A stretch of DNA of 64,000 bases, taken from assembly GCA_026936335.1 (NCBI GenBank), contig JAPMXV010000005.1:186001-250000 (forward strand), in the 5' to 3' direction. Position 1 is the first letter of the stretch. Each line of letters starts with the position of its first letter. The notes beneath the pieces were generated by a model. The model saw nothing but the letters and a program-made list of their open reading frames with translations, was not told the origin of the DNA and ran no database searches. Shown one piece after another: positions 41,372 to 52,500 of the stretch. The translations under genes and the position numbers were made by a program. This DNA is from Mantamonas sphyraenae STR306 (Eukaryota; Protista; CRuMs).

Positions 41372-43024
41372 ATGCGAAATGAAAGGGGACATGCGTGGTG
41401 GCATCGTCCCACACACCTGTCTCCTCTCCTTCTCCTTCACCTCTACGGCTTCTTCATCGATTTCAAGCCCAGCGAGGCGTTCCTGACTCGATTCCTGACA
41501 CTGGACAAGGGCTTCGCTCACCACACCGTGGACTATGCCATCTACCCCGTTTGGACCTATGCCTACCTTGTCTTTCTCATACTCTATGCCTTCATTTATT
41601 GTGAGTGATTCTCCTCCTCCTCCGTAGTGTGCACTGCCGGGACACTAACCGGGTTTCCCTCGCTTCTTCCCTCAGATTTCCTCCGACGCCGCTGCCTGAA
41701 ACCACTGATTGTGGTTGGGTCTGTGGGTCGACTCCTTACACGCCTGCTTCTTCTCGAGTCCGACTCGTTGTTGGGTATGCAGTGCATGCAGGCTGCATTT
41801 GGCCTGGCCTCTGCCTCCGAAACGGTGTTTTACACCTACGTGTACTTCCTTGTGCAACGCAAGGACTACCAATTGCGTGTATGTGTGTCCCTTTTCAACC
41901 CCCCCCCCCCCCAATCTCCCCCCGTCACTCGTGCGCGCGCCCTCTCTTTATTGCTCCAAGTACACACTCCTGACACAAGGCCACCACAGACGGGCACTCT
42001 GCGAGCCTCGGTGCTCGTGGCCCATGTGTGTTCCGCCCTGCTGGGACAGATATTGTTTAGTGCCGAGGTGGCATCGTTGCGTGCACTGTTTTGGGTGTCT
42101 GCTTTCAGCGTGGGGGTGGCCATGTGTGTGGCTGTGTTGCTGCCAGCGTTGCACGACACACACGGCCACCCGCAGCAGGAGCAGCACCCTGGCAACGAAG
42201 CACGACAACCACACCGTGAGCATCAAGGATACGCACCCATGCAATCGTCGTCCCAACACCAACCTCTGCTCATGGAACAGGACAGTGCCAGCAGCAAGGA
42301 GGAGGAGCAGCAGCTGGAGGTGGGCAATCCTGTCGCCCCACCGTCCGTGTGGCAACGTGTGTGTCTCTTTCTGGCCAACATATATCGTCCAGGACCAGAT
42401 GCACCCGCGCACACACGCGGATCAATGCTCTACTGGCTTGTGTGGGCTCTTGCAGCGCTTGCGGTGAACAACCTCGTGCTGAACTACCAATTCTCCCTCT
42501 TTCGCAACATCCACGCTTACACCGCCGGAAATGTGCACAGTGCAGATGATGGATATGTCATGGTGGCTGCACGTGGTGCTGCTGTCCTTGGGGCTGCCTT
42601 GGCATCCCGCTGGTCCTTTGTGGCTGCCCATGTGCCTTCCTACACACGCAGTCTGTGGCTCCACCCTGTGCTGGTGCTTCTCATGGCTCTCCTCCTCCTT
42701 ATCATGAGTGTCAGTGTCGATCTGATGCCAGCCTACGCTGCCTATGCTGCCTTTGAGTCCCTCCTGGCCTTTGTCAACACCTGTGCCAAGGCATCCTTTG
42801 CTCTCATGGTCTCTCCCGATGCCAATGTGCTGTTGTATGCGTGCAACACCCTCGTGGCCCTCGTCATACAGACTCTCATCCAGGCTGCCGCCGATGCCGC
42901 CTTGCTCACCATTCGCCACCAGTTCCAGCTCTTTGCTGCCCTCCTCACTCTCTCTGGGTTCGCCATGCTCCTTCGAAGGTCCTTCCTGTCCACCGCCCAC
43001 CCTCCCATCCACGCTGCCGTGTGA
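41372..43024 (+). CDS. SLC19 family (reduced folate/thiamine) carrier, multi-exon
   Basis: LYGFFIDFKPSEAFLTRFL..K....V...IYPVWTYAYL; MQAAFGLASASETVFYTYVY..V.RKDYQ; multiple TM helices. Confidence 0.88.
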
Positions 43025-43115
43025 TCTGCCCAATGAAGATGGGCCAATCCCTTCCGAAAATGGAAAAAGTTCGCACGTGTCGCCCCAAACTTTTTCCTTT
43101 TTTTTGCTCTGCTCC

Positions 43116-46100
43116 ATGGACAGTCCCACTCCATCTGTGCCGTCACGACGACGGTCTGCACCCGTGTTGGGTGCCAATATGGAGGAGCTGCTGGGCAATC
43201 CCAACGCAGCCGAGCAGTTTGGCCAGGCTCGTCAGACGTTGCCGGCGCGATACGCGGCGACGAATACGCCACGGGCATCCACTTTGTCGACCGCAGCAAC
43301 AGGGGCAGGCGGACCCGCACGAGGCAACACTGCACGCGGGAAGCGTGGCAATCTCCTTGTGGATCTCGACTACTTTATTCCAGCCCATTTGTTGCGTCGA
43401 CGTTCTTCCAGCAGCAACGCTGCCGGCGCCGGCGCCGAGACTTCGAGCCCACCGGCAGCCACGGCCTTGGACGACCGCGTACGACGGATTGCCACGGACG
43501 AGCGCACCCCTGTGCGTTTGCTTGTCTTTCTGGCCCTGTTGTCGGCGCCATTGGCATGGATGCAATCTGTATTGGTGACTGTGGCCCACAGTGGCGCCAC
43601 TTCCCGCGGTTGGACGGTAGCCCCGCTGTATTTGCTCCCGGCAATCTTCCTGCTGGTGCCCTTCCTCGTGCGACGCATCCCGGCACCCAAGTCATCGGCT
43701 CACCACGGGTCCAGTGGCACACGACGAGCCAGCAACCCGCTTGAGACACCGCTGGTGGTGTATCTGGCCACGCTGTCGCTTCATTCGTGGCTTGCCTCGT
43801 GGCATCTTGCGGCGGACGGACAGTTGCAGGCGGCCCTGCACCTTCCACACTACTATCTGCCTGTGTTGGCATCGTGGATGCATGGCCCAAAGGCAGCATG
43901 GTCAGCATCGGTGGTATTGGCGATGCAAGTGAGTCACATCAGCTGGAGCTGGGTGGGCGAGGTGAGCGAAGCCGGGGGCGTGGCGTTGTGGACGCTGCAA
44001 CTCCTGTGTATGCTGGTGTACCTTCCCCTGGTGTTTCTGCTCATGGTCATCATGACGGCAAAGCACAGTCTGTGGGTGTCGCATCGTGTGGAGGCAGTGA
44101 CAGAGGCGTTGAAGTACTACCGGCACTGGGTGCGTGAGAAGGAACTGGCGGAACGGAACAACAAGCACCGCCTGGAGTTTCTGAACCAATTCAAGGCGGA
44201 CGTGGCACCCACACTGCAACAAGTGGTGTCCACATGCACCCAATTGCAACAGACGGCCCTTGCCCAGAGGCAACCCGGATGGTTGCGTGACTCATTGCTG
44301 GCCAGCAACCAGGTGTTTGACGTCGTCTCCCAGGTGCTCCTGTTTGCCGACATTGAAAGTGTCCAGAGTGTCACCGTGCTCTCACAGGACTTTGACTTGC
44401 ATGCGCTGGTCAACTCGGCCGTTGCCCTGTGCTACCCTGCCGCCCTGGAACGCGGTGTCGAGGTGGCTGCCCTGCTGCCCTCCAGTCTGCCCCACTACGT
44501 GGTGGGCGACCCCGTGGTCCTTCGTCAGGTGCTCAGCATCCTGGTTCACAACGCCATCGCCCACTCCACAGACAAGGGTGAGGTCATGGTGTTGGCCGAG
44601 GTGCGCGAGGAGCGCGAAGGCACCTTTGATCTCTCCCTGCAGGTCCAGGACACAGGCGATGTCATGGACGCCTCCCTGCTGGCCAACATCCTGCAGGGCA
44701 AGACGTTGCAACCCACAGACAGGCGTGCGTTGGGCGTGTGGTGCTGTCAGCGCTACCTGCAGGCTGTGGGTGGCACCCTGCGAGGCAACTCCCAGCTGGG
44801 CAAGGGCACCGTGTTTGAGATTGTGTTGCAATTGGGCAAGCAACAGCCCGAGTGCATGCGTGATCCGTCCATGTACATCCACAATGTCAGGGACAAACGA
44901 GCCCTGGTGGTGGCCAGCAAGTACAGCTCCATGCTGTGTCTTCAGTATCGTCTCCTCGACGCTGGCCTCCATGTCGACGTCCTCCAATACTCCCCCGAGG
45001 CCCTGGAGAAGCTCCAGTTGGCCCTCAAGCAGCCACGCGACTCCCCGTGGTACGAAGTGGTCATTCTCGAACACTCGCCCGCACACACCGAGTACGTGGA
45101 CACCATTGTCGAATGGTTGCATCCGGACAAGCAACCAAACATCCATCTCGTGTTTCTGCGCCATCCCCATCGTATGGATCCGTCGCAACACAGTCCACAG
45201 CACGGCGGAGGCGCCGATGAGGTGCCCTCCCCCAACGGAGGCCAGGGACCCCATTTCCTCTTCAAGCCCGTGACGTACCAAAAGGTGGAATACCTGCTGG
45301 CCACCATCTTCAACCCCAACACCTCGTGGATGACCCTGGCATGGAGCGAGGACATCGACGTTGCCATGGCCATGCCACGCGGTGTGGGCCATCGAAGGCG
45401 TCCCTCCTCCTCCTCCACTGACGAGGACATGGTGGGCTTTCGCACCGTGGGCATGGCTGGCGCTGCCTCTGGTGGCGTATCCTCCTCCTCGTCCTCCTCA
45501 TCGGGTGGGCTGGGAGGTGCCAAATTGTTGGGATACGGTGGCGGATCATCGTCGTCGTCGTCGTCGTCGTCGTCCTCAAACAGCATGAACCCAACCACAA
45601 TGGACGGCCGACCTGCGGGACCAGAGGTTGTGTCGAGCATGGGATCTCTGCTGCAGGAGACAATGAGCCAGGATGTGGTGGCAGAGGGCAACAGCAACAA
45701 GAAGCGTGGTGCAGGTGGCAAGGCCTCCTCCTCCAGCAGTGTCCCTCACACGGAGGATGGAGGCGATGGAGGAGCCGGTGCGGGACTGCTGTCGGACAGC
45801 AGTGACAGTGGAAGCGACGGAGTGTGGACGAGTGTGCGTTCTGGACGTGGAGGGAAGCAGAGCAACATTGGCAAGCAACAGGGAGACAAGAGCAAGGCAG
45901 CAGGAGGGGGAGGAGGAGGAGGAGAGGAGGGAGGCAACCATCGGAAGGGAAGTAGCAACAACAGCAGCAGCAGCAGCAGCAGCCATCATCGGGAGAGCAT
46001 GCCTGTGTTGATTGTGGAGGATGAGCCTGGGAACGCACGGGTGTTGGAGAGCCAACTGAAGCATCTGGGAGTGACGGACATCACCACGGTGTCGACGGGA

Positions 46101-49100
46101 GTGCAGTGTGTCAACACGGTGCAGCAGCGACAGTTTGGTCTGGTGTTTATGGACGTGCAGTTGCCCGAGATGGACGGGTTGGAAGCCACCAAGGTGATTC
46201 GACAGCTGCACCAAACCAAGGAGGACGAGCAGCGACGACAGTACCAGCAGGACAACAAGGGGGACACTCGCAAGGGAGGTCGACGTGGAGGGAACAAGAA
46301 CAGGGCTCGCAAGCAGGTGACCTCACACATGGCCAGCATCGTGGGTGTGAGTGCACACGTGTTGCCCGGTGACCGCGAGGTGGCCCTGTCTGTTGGCATG
46401 GATGAGATGCTTGCCAAACCCGTGGGATTGGCCACCCTGCATCTGGCTCTCCGTCGCTTCCTGCCGGGATACCAGCAAAAGGTGTCGTTGAGCGACTGGC
46501 AGTACACCAAACGCCAAAACACACTGCTGGAGGCACGTCTCAAGCGACAGAACATGCAGCTGAGTACCCTCACCGCACGTTCGGTCACGCGTGACATCAG
46601 CAGCAAGCGCGGTGGCGATTTGGCTGTGCATGCCCTTGGCAGCACCTTTCGTGTGCGCAGCGTGGCTCAGCAAGGTGACATCCACGAGGAAGCCGATGAG
46701 AACAGCAGCAGCAGTAGCAGCAGTAGCAGTAGCAGTTCATCCTCGGCAGCTGAGGTGATGCAGTCGCGTGCTCATCTGTATCCGCATCGACACAATGTGC
46801 ACCCGAACCAGGCGGTGAGTGTAACGGACGGAAAGGATGCGTCTCACTGGTCGCCATCCATGCGTAGCTCGGCCATGATTGTGTATGAAACGCCGGCGGA
46901 GCAGCGGCGTCGCTGGCTGAATGCCATCTTTAGCAAGAATCAGGCGGCCAAATCGGGAGTGGATGCAGAGCGTGTGCACCAGGCACGCCGGTTGAGGATG
47001 AACAACTTTCTGCAGTACACGCGACGATGGAGTCGCAGCAGCGGCAGTGGGGACGGCGAAGCGTTGGATGGTGACGAGGAGGAAGAGGGAGAGGAAGAGG
47101 ACGAAGAGGACGAGGATGAGCAACAGGAACAGGTGGCGTCGTCGTCATCCAAGGGCAAGAAGACAAGAAAGACAAAGAAGGGCAAGAAGAGCAAGGGTGG
47201 CAAAGGCAAGGGCAAGGGCAAGGGCAAAGGCAAAGGAGGAGTTGGAGGAGGAGCAACCGGGGGAGCAGGCAGTGGCAACCAAACAACAGCAAGCGAAGAG
47301 GACACGATGGCACTGGATGCATTGTTGCCCAAGACATGGACCCATGGTCAGGGAGCAGGTGGACGATGCCGTGACGCAATGCGCACCCTTGCCGGATTGG
47401 CATTGGTGGGTATTGTGCTTTCGCTGCTGCGTGTGTGTGTGGAGTGTGTCTGGGGCGATGTGTCGTCATCCCCATCGTCGTCGTCCATGTCCATGGCATC
47501 GTGTATGGCGTCCCAATGGCAGTGGATCGTGGTCTCGGTGGCCCCCGTGTTGGGTGCCCTGACTCTGGGCGACAAACTCAAGGTGGCAGGCATGACGGCA
47601 GGTGCACGTGTGGATGTCCAACGCCTGCTTTTCGCCGCCTGTGTGGTGTTGCAATGGCAAACTGTCATGCAACACTGGGTGCACCCGTCCAGCGTGTGGA
47701 CCGTAACCCACTTTTGCATGTGTGCCCAAACCATGGTCAGCGTGCTGCTCGTCAACCGACTGCACCTTGCCATGCTGGGCAACCTCGCTGCCGCCCTGGC
47801 TCTGCACATGCGTGCCCTGATCATGCTCAGTGGCAGTGTGGCTGTTGTCGGTGGTGATGGTGGTGGTGTCGACAGTGGGGTCAATGATGGGAGCATGCCA
47901 GTGGCTGTGGTGGGATATGTGTCAACGGCGTGGGTGTTGTCGTTGTTGCTCGTGGGCAGTCTCACGGTGTTGGCCCACCTGCTCAACGACTATCTCCATG
48001 GCCAGCCTCGTCTGACCACCGATGCGCAGCGTGAGGTGACCCAGTTGCAAAGGGACATCCGTGAGCTGCGTGCCCAGGGCAGTGGGGCCACCTTTGCCAA
48101 GTATCAGTTCTTTACACGTTCGAACCACGACTTCCGCGCCGCCATGAACGTGCTCCTGGGCGTGGCCGAACTCATCCGCGAGTCGGAGGAGAACAAGAAG
48201 CTGAGTGAGGAGGAGGACTATGTGTTGAGTGGCATGGAGCTTGCAGGTGCCAACCTGTTGGCCCAGGTGGACAAGATGCTGGAGTTTAGCCGTGTGGATT
48301 CAGGCACCCTCACCTTTGCCGACCAAGACTTCAATGTGCGCCAGGTGGCCGAGGGAGTCAACAAGCTGGTCTCCTTTATGGCGGGTCGCAAGGGCACCCA
48401 GTTGATTGTGCTTGTCGAGTCGCATGTGCCGATGGTGGTGCGTGGCGATGCCCCGCGTCTCCACCAAATCCTCCTCAATGTCCTTGGGTTCTGTGTCAGT
48501 GGCACCAGCGATGGTGAGATTGTCATGCGCATCACCAGCAACGTCACAGGCCGTCGTTCCATCGATCTCAACATCGATGTCTCGGACAGTGGTGTCCTGA
48601 TGAGCAGGGAGGAGCAATCCAATCTGCATTACGGGACCCTGTTTGGGGCCGACGACATGATGAAGACCTCATCTTCGTCGGGTGGTGCATCTGGAAACAA
48701 CAAGTACAAGAACAGCAACAGCAGCAGTGCCACAAACTCGGGTGCCACGTCGCCAGGGACGCCAGGGACGCCAGGGTCGCCGGGTGGGCGTTCATCAAAG
48801 AGCACACGCGATGCAGCTGCGTTGGGATTGGCCATTGCCAAGCAGCTGGTGGACATGCTGGGTGGCATGATGGAGGTGGAACACAGTGGCAAGGAGAACC
48901 GATACCATCTGGAGCTGCCGATGAAGCAATCGCGTCTGAGCAAGCTGGGCAGTGTGGGCACCCTCACGGTGGACCAGAGCACCCTGGACACGTGGCGAGG
49001 CATGCGTGTGCTGTGCGTGTTGCCATCCAGCAATCAGTTTGCGCTTGTGCGTTTGCATCTGCAGACCATCGGCATGGAGGCTGTGCACGCAAGCAGTGCG

Positions 49101-49457
49101 GTCGAGGGCATCCACACCCTGGAGCAGGGGTTGGAACACTACCACGTCGTGCTGGTGGACATGCAGTTGCCGCAAAGCGACGCCGCACGCGTTGTGAAAC
49201 AGGTCAATGTGCTTGTGCAGCGTCAGCAGCGTTCCCAGCAAGAACAGAGCAGTGGTGCAGATGGCGAGCAAACGGCAATTGTGCAGGATGCCACCAGCGT
49301 GGGCACACGGCTGGCTTTGCTCACCACACCGGGCCAATCCAACCGGCTGCGCAGCATCCCCACGCCGCAGGTCCATTTTGGCTACCTCAGCAAACCCGTC
49401 ACGCTCAGCAACGTGCAACGCCTTATGCAACTGCTGTGTCCCAATTTGGCAAAGTGA
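43116..49457 (+). CDS. Tandem double hybrid histidine kinase-like protein: [TM-DHp-CA-pseudoREC-REC]-[TM-DHp-CA-REC-like]
   Basis: GDPVVLRQVLSILVHNAI, VQDTG, SQLGKGTVF. Canonical REC VLIVEDEPGN..LVFMDVQLPEMDGLEAT..AKPV. Second module SNHDFRAAMN, GDAPRLHQILLNV, VSDSG, LGLAIAKQLVDMLGG, VVLVDMQLP..LSKPV. Confidence 0.9.
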   Translation: MDSPTPSVPSRRRSAPVLGANMEELLGNPNAAEQFGQARQTLPARYAATNTPRASTLSTAATGAGGPARGNTARGKRGNLLVDLDYFIPAHLLRRRSSSSNAAGAGAETSSPPAATALDDRVRRIATDERTPVRLLVFLALLSAPLAWMQSVLVTVAHSGATSRGWTVAPLYLLPAIFLLVPFLVRRIPAPKSSAHHGSSGTRRASNPLETPLVVYLATLSLHSWLASWHLAADGQLQAALHLPHYYLPVLASWMHGPKAAWSASVVLAMQVSHISWSWVGEVSEAGGVALWTLQLLCMLVYLPLVFLLMVIMTAKHSLWVSHRVEAVTEALKYYRHWVREKELAERNNKHRLEFLNQFKADVAPTLQQVVSTCTQLQQTALAQRQPGWLRDSLLASNQVFDVVSQVLLFADIESVQSVTVLSQDFDLHALVNSAVALCYPAALERGVEVAALLPSSLPHYVVGDPVVLRQVLSILVHNAIAHSTDKGEVMVLAEVREEREGTFDLSLQVQDTGDVMDASLLANILQGKTLQPTDRRALGVWCCQRYLQAVGGTLRGNSQLGKGTVFEIVLQLGKQQPECMRDPSMYIHNVRDKRALVVASKYSSMLCLQYRLLDAGLHVDVLQYSPEALEKLQLALKQPRDSPWYEVVILEHSPAHTEYVDTIVEWLHPDKQPNIHLVFLRHPHRMDPSQHSPQHGGGADEVPSPNGGQGPHFLFKPVTYQKVEYLLATIFNPNTSWMTLAWSEDIDVAMAMPRGVGHRRRPSSSSTDEDMVGFRTVGMAGAASGGVSSSSSSSSGGLGGAKLLGYGGGSSSSSSSSSSSNSMNPTTMDGRPAGPEVVSSMGSLLQETMSQDVVAEGNSNKKRGAGGKASSSSSVPHTEDGGDGGAGAGLLSDSSDSGSDGVWTSVRSGRGGKQSNIGKQQGDKSKAAGGGGGGGEEGGNHRKGSSNNSSSSSSSHHRESMPVLIVEDEPGNARVLESQLKHLGVTDITTVSTGVQCVNTVQQRQFGLVFMDVQLPEMDGLEATKVIRQLHQTKEDEQRRQYQQDNKGDTRKGGRRGGNKNRARKQVTSHMASIVGVSAHVLPGDREVALSVGMDEMLAKPVGLATLHLALRRFLPGYQQKVSLSDWQYTKRQNTLLEARLKRQNMQLSTLTARSVTRDISSKRGGDLAVHALGSTFRVRSVAQQGDIHEEADENSSSSSSSSSSSSSSAAEVMQSRAHLYPHRHNVHPNQAVSVTDGKDASHWSPSMRSSAMIVYETPAEQRRRWLNAIFSKNQAAKSGVDAERVHQARRLRMNNFLQYTRRWSRSSGSGDGEALDGDEEEEGEEEDEEDEDEQQEQVASSSSKGKKTRKTKKGKKSKGGKGKGKGKGKGKGGVGGGATGGAGSGNQTTASEEDTMALDALLPKTWTHGQGAGGRCRDAMRTLAGLALVGIVLSLLRVCVECVWGDVSSSPSSSSMSMASCMASQWQWIVVSVAPVLGALTLGDKLKVAGMTAGARVDVQRLLFAACVVLQWQTVMQHWVHPSSVWTVTHFCMCAQTMVSVLLVNRLHLAMLGNLAAALALHMRALIMLSGSVAVVGGDGGGVDSGVNDGSMPVAVVGYVSTAWVLSLLLVGSLTVLAHLLNDYLHGQPRLTTDAQREVTQLQRDIRELRAQGSGATFAKYQFFTRSNHDFRAAMNVLLGVAELIRESEENKKLSEEEDYVLSGMELAGANLLAQVDKMLEFSRVDSGTLTFADQDFNVRQVAEGVNKLVSFMAGRKGTQLIVLVESHVPMVVRGDAPRLHQILLNVLGFCVSGTSDGEIVMRITSNVTGRRSIDLNIDVSDSGVLMSREEQSNLHYGTLFGADDMMKTSSSSGGASGNNKYKNSNSSSATNSGATSPGTPGTPGSPGGRSSKSTRDAAALGLAIAKQLVDMLGGMMEVEHSGKENRYHLELPMKQSRLSKLGSVGTLTVDQSTLDTWRGMRVLCVLPSSNQFALVRLHLQTIGMEAVHASSAVEGIHTLEQGLEHYHVVLVDMQLPQSDAARVVKQVNVLVQRQQRSQQEQSSGADGEQTAIVQDATSVGTRLALLTTPGQSNRLRSIPTPQVHFGYLSKPVTLSNVQRLMQLLCPNLAK

Positions 49458-49536
49458 GGCGAAGAAAAGAGAGCGGGAGATGCAAATGCACAACGTGTTC
49501 ATTGTCTTTGTGGCGTGTGTGTGTGTGTGTGTGCGC

Positions 49537-52500
49537 TTACGAGCGTTGCTGCAGGAATGGATTCTGCATGTCCTTTGCTTTGATCACCTGCTGGGTTTGT
49601 TGTTGCTGCTGCGACTGTTGCACCTGCTGGGTTTGTTGTTGCTGCTGCTTGGCCATGCTGCTCCCCACCGAGTCTGTGTTGGCATTGGGTGAGATGCTGC
49701 TGACTGTTCCTGTGCCAGTGCTGTTGACCTCCAGGAACGGGTTGGACTTTTTCGTCTTGCGCTTGATGCGCCCGCTTTGCGATCCCTGCTGCTGTTGGGA
49801 GCCCACCACGCCGTTCAGCTGCTGTTGGAGGTGTCCGTTGGAGGCAGAGCTGGGGCTGCGCGGCGGCAATTCTTCCACGGACATGCTGTGCTGGTTGTTC
49901 AGCAGGCCATTGTTGCTGTGGTTGGTGTCGATCATGACATTGAGGCCACTCTGGCCTTGTCCCTGGCCCTGGTTCTGCTGTTGCTGCGTGCTGTTGATTT
50001 CCTTGGCTGAATTCGACCTGCCCATGCCTGCGTTGCCGCTGCCACCAAACGTATTGTCGTCGTCGTCCACAGACAGCATCGAGTCCAGGGATCCCGACAG
50101 TGTGTGGCTGTTGCCCAGGCTGCTGCTTCCCAAACTGCCCGTGTGGTGGTTGGCATGGCTGCCGTTGTTGGCGCCGCCAAACGAGCTGGTGTAGCTGCTG
50201 CCACGTCGCTGTCCATCGGAAATGGGGCGTGGGTCAGATCCCGTGCCATCCATGGACATCTGCGTGCGCAAGGGCATGGAGGGACGCCTGTGCATGTTTG
50301 CCCCAATGGGTGGCCCCGTGGACGGGTTCATCTGTGCGGCAGACACGCGATCCCTCATCTTGCGCTTCTGGTCCTCAATGAACTGTTCGCTCTCCTTGCG
50401 CATCTCCGAGGCCACCTCGGCAATGGCTGCGTTGCCTTCGGCCAATTGGGCGCTGTTGATGATCCCCTGCTGGTACTGGGTGTTGAGCTTGTCGCGCGCG
50501 TTCTCCACCAGCTTCTCCACACTCACGTCCGGTTGCTGGGCAAAGGCAGAGCGCATGCCATTCACCGTGCGTGAGTTGGACATGATGCGAGGCTGCAACA
50601 CCATCGTGCGGTTGTACATCTTGTCGTTGCGTTCCTGCGGCTCCTCCAGCGCTACCAGCGACACGTCGATGGCGTGCTCGGCAAACGTGGGCAACGTACG
50701 CGACAGTTCCACACTTTCGTTCGATGGCAGCGAGGGACGCTTTGTGTGCACCACCTGTGTGGCACCGCCCTGGCCACCGTTTGGTTGTTGTTGTCCTTGG
50801 CTGCCTGGAGTGGGGCTTGTGGCGTTGGTGTTGTTGTTGTGCATCTGCCCTGCATCCAGAACAAACCCGTCGTTCATCAGTTGCTGGTGCGATGCCTGTT
50901 GCGGTGTCTGCCTGGGTGTCTGGTATGCGTTGTTGTTGTTGTTGTTGGTTTGTGGTGTCTGCTGCTGCGTGCTGTCCGCTGCCCCTGTGGTTGATCCTGT
51001 GCCTGCGCCGTTGTTGTCGAACGGATTGCCCACGTTGTTGTTGGGTGTCTGCTGGGTGGCACTGCTTTCCATCTGTGGTGTGGTTGCGCTCACTCCCGGG
51101 TTTGGTGAGGCCTGTACATGGTCGGACGTTGCCGATGATGATGATGATGATGATGTTGATGTTGAGGAGGATGTTGCTGCTGCCACCTGTTCCTCCGTTG
51201 TCGATTGCTGCTCCGTGTTCTGCTGCTGCTGCTGCTCCTCTTGTTGCTGTACTTGCTCTTGAGTGCTCTTGGTGCTGGACGACGGCTGTGTCGGGCTGTC
51301 ACTGTCACTGCCGCTTCCCTTGCTGCTGTCGTCGTTGGCGTTCTCCTCTGCTTCGATCTCATCCAGCGCCGCGTGCGTTCCCTGAAAGATGACCGTTTCG
51401 ATGAGATCCTCCGCCACTTCGGGTAGCCTGAACTCGGAGGCCAGCTCGCGTGCAATGTCCGCCGGCGTGTCCTCCTCAATCATGTACTCAAAGGTAAACT
51501 TGTCCCACTGCGAGTCCTCCTCCACCTGCCGCATGCCAAACTCCAACGTCAGCTTGTCCTCCGACTCCAGGTACGACGTCAGCTTCACTTCAAACCCGTT
51601 CTCCTCCGTCTTGATCTTGGCCAGTTGGGCAGGCGACGAGTGGTTCTCCGTGCTCGGCGTGTTTGTGCTCGCGTTTGACTCGTCGTCTGTGCTGTTGGAA
51701 AACGAGCCACGTGCAATCAGCGTCTCCTCCAGCGTCAACGTCGCGTTGACAGGATTCTCCGCTGTGCTGCTCCCGTTGCCTGCGTTGCCTGCGTCGCCGT
51801 TGCTCTCTTTTGTTGTTGCGGTGGCGGTGGCCGTGCTCTGGTTCTGGCTCTGATTCTGATTCTGTGTCTCGGCGGTCGCTGCTGTGCTGGAGCCTGTGTT
51901 GTTGAGAATGGCTGCGTGCGGGACACCCGACGGCGTCGCGGTTGCGTCGCCTCCACTTGACACTGCCGCGGCAATGCCCCCCGGTGTGTGGTTGTGGTTG
52001 TCCCCGTGTTGCTGTTGGTGTTGCTATTGGTGTTGTTGGTGTTGCTGCTCTGTGTGCTCGTGTTGCTTCCGGTGCTGTTCTCCGACTGGAGGGCATTGCG
52101 CTCATTGCCCGTGTCGTTGTTTCCACCGTTGCCACCATTGTTGTTGTTCTCCTCCTGTTGCTGCCGTGTCTGCTGTGCCTCGATGGCGGCCGTGGCCACC
52201 ACTGCGTCTTCCTTCAGTCCGTCCTCCTGCTGTGCTGAGCTCGACCGCACAATTTCCAGGATCTGTGCACCCGACGCCGCCAGTGCCATCAGTGTCTTTG
52301 GGTCTGCGTCTTCCACCTGCACCTGACCCTGTCCGCTGGCTTCGCCCTCGTTCAGGCTGGCCGCAAAGCGGGACTCCATCTCCTCCTCAGACAGCAGGTC
52401 CACGGGGTCGTTGCTGGTCATGTCGTCAAAGAAGGGATGGGACAGCAGCTCGACGGCGGACAGGCGTTCCGCGCGGTCGCACAGGCACAACGCAATGAAG

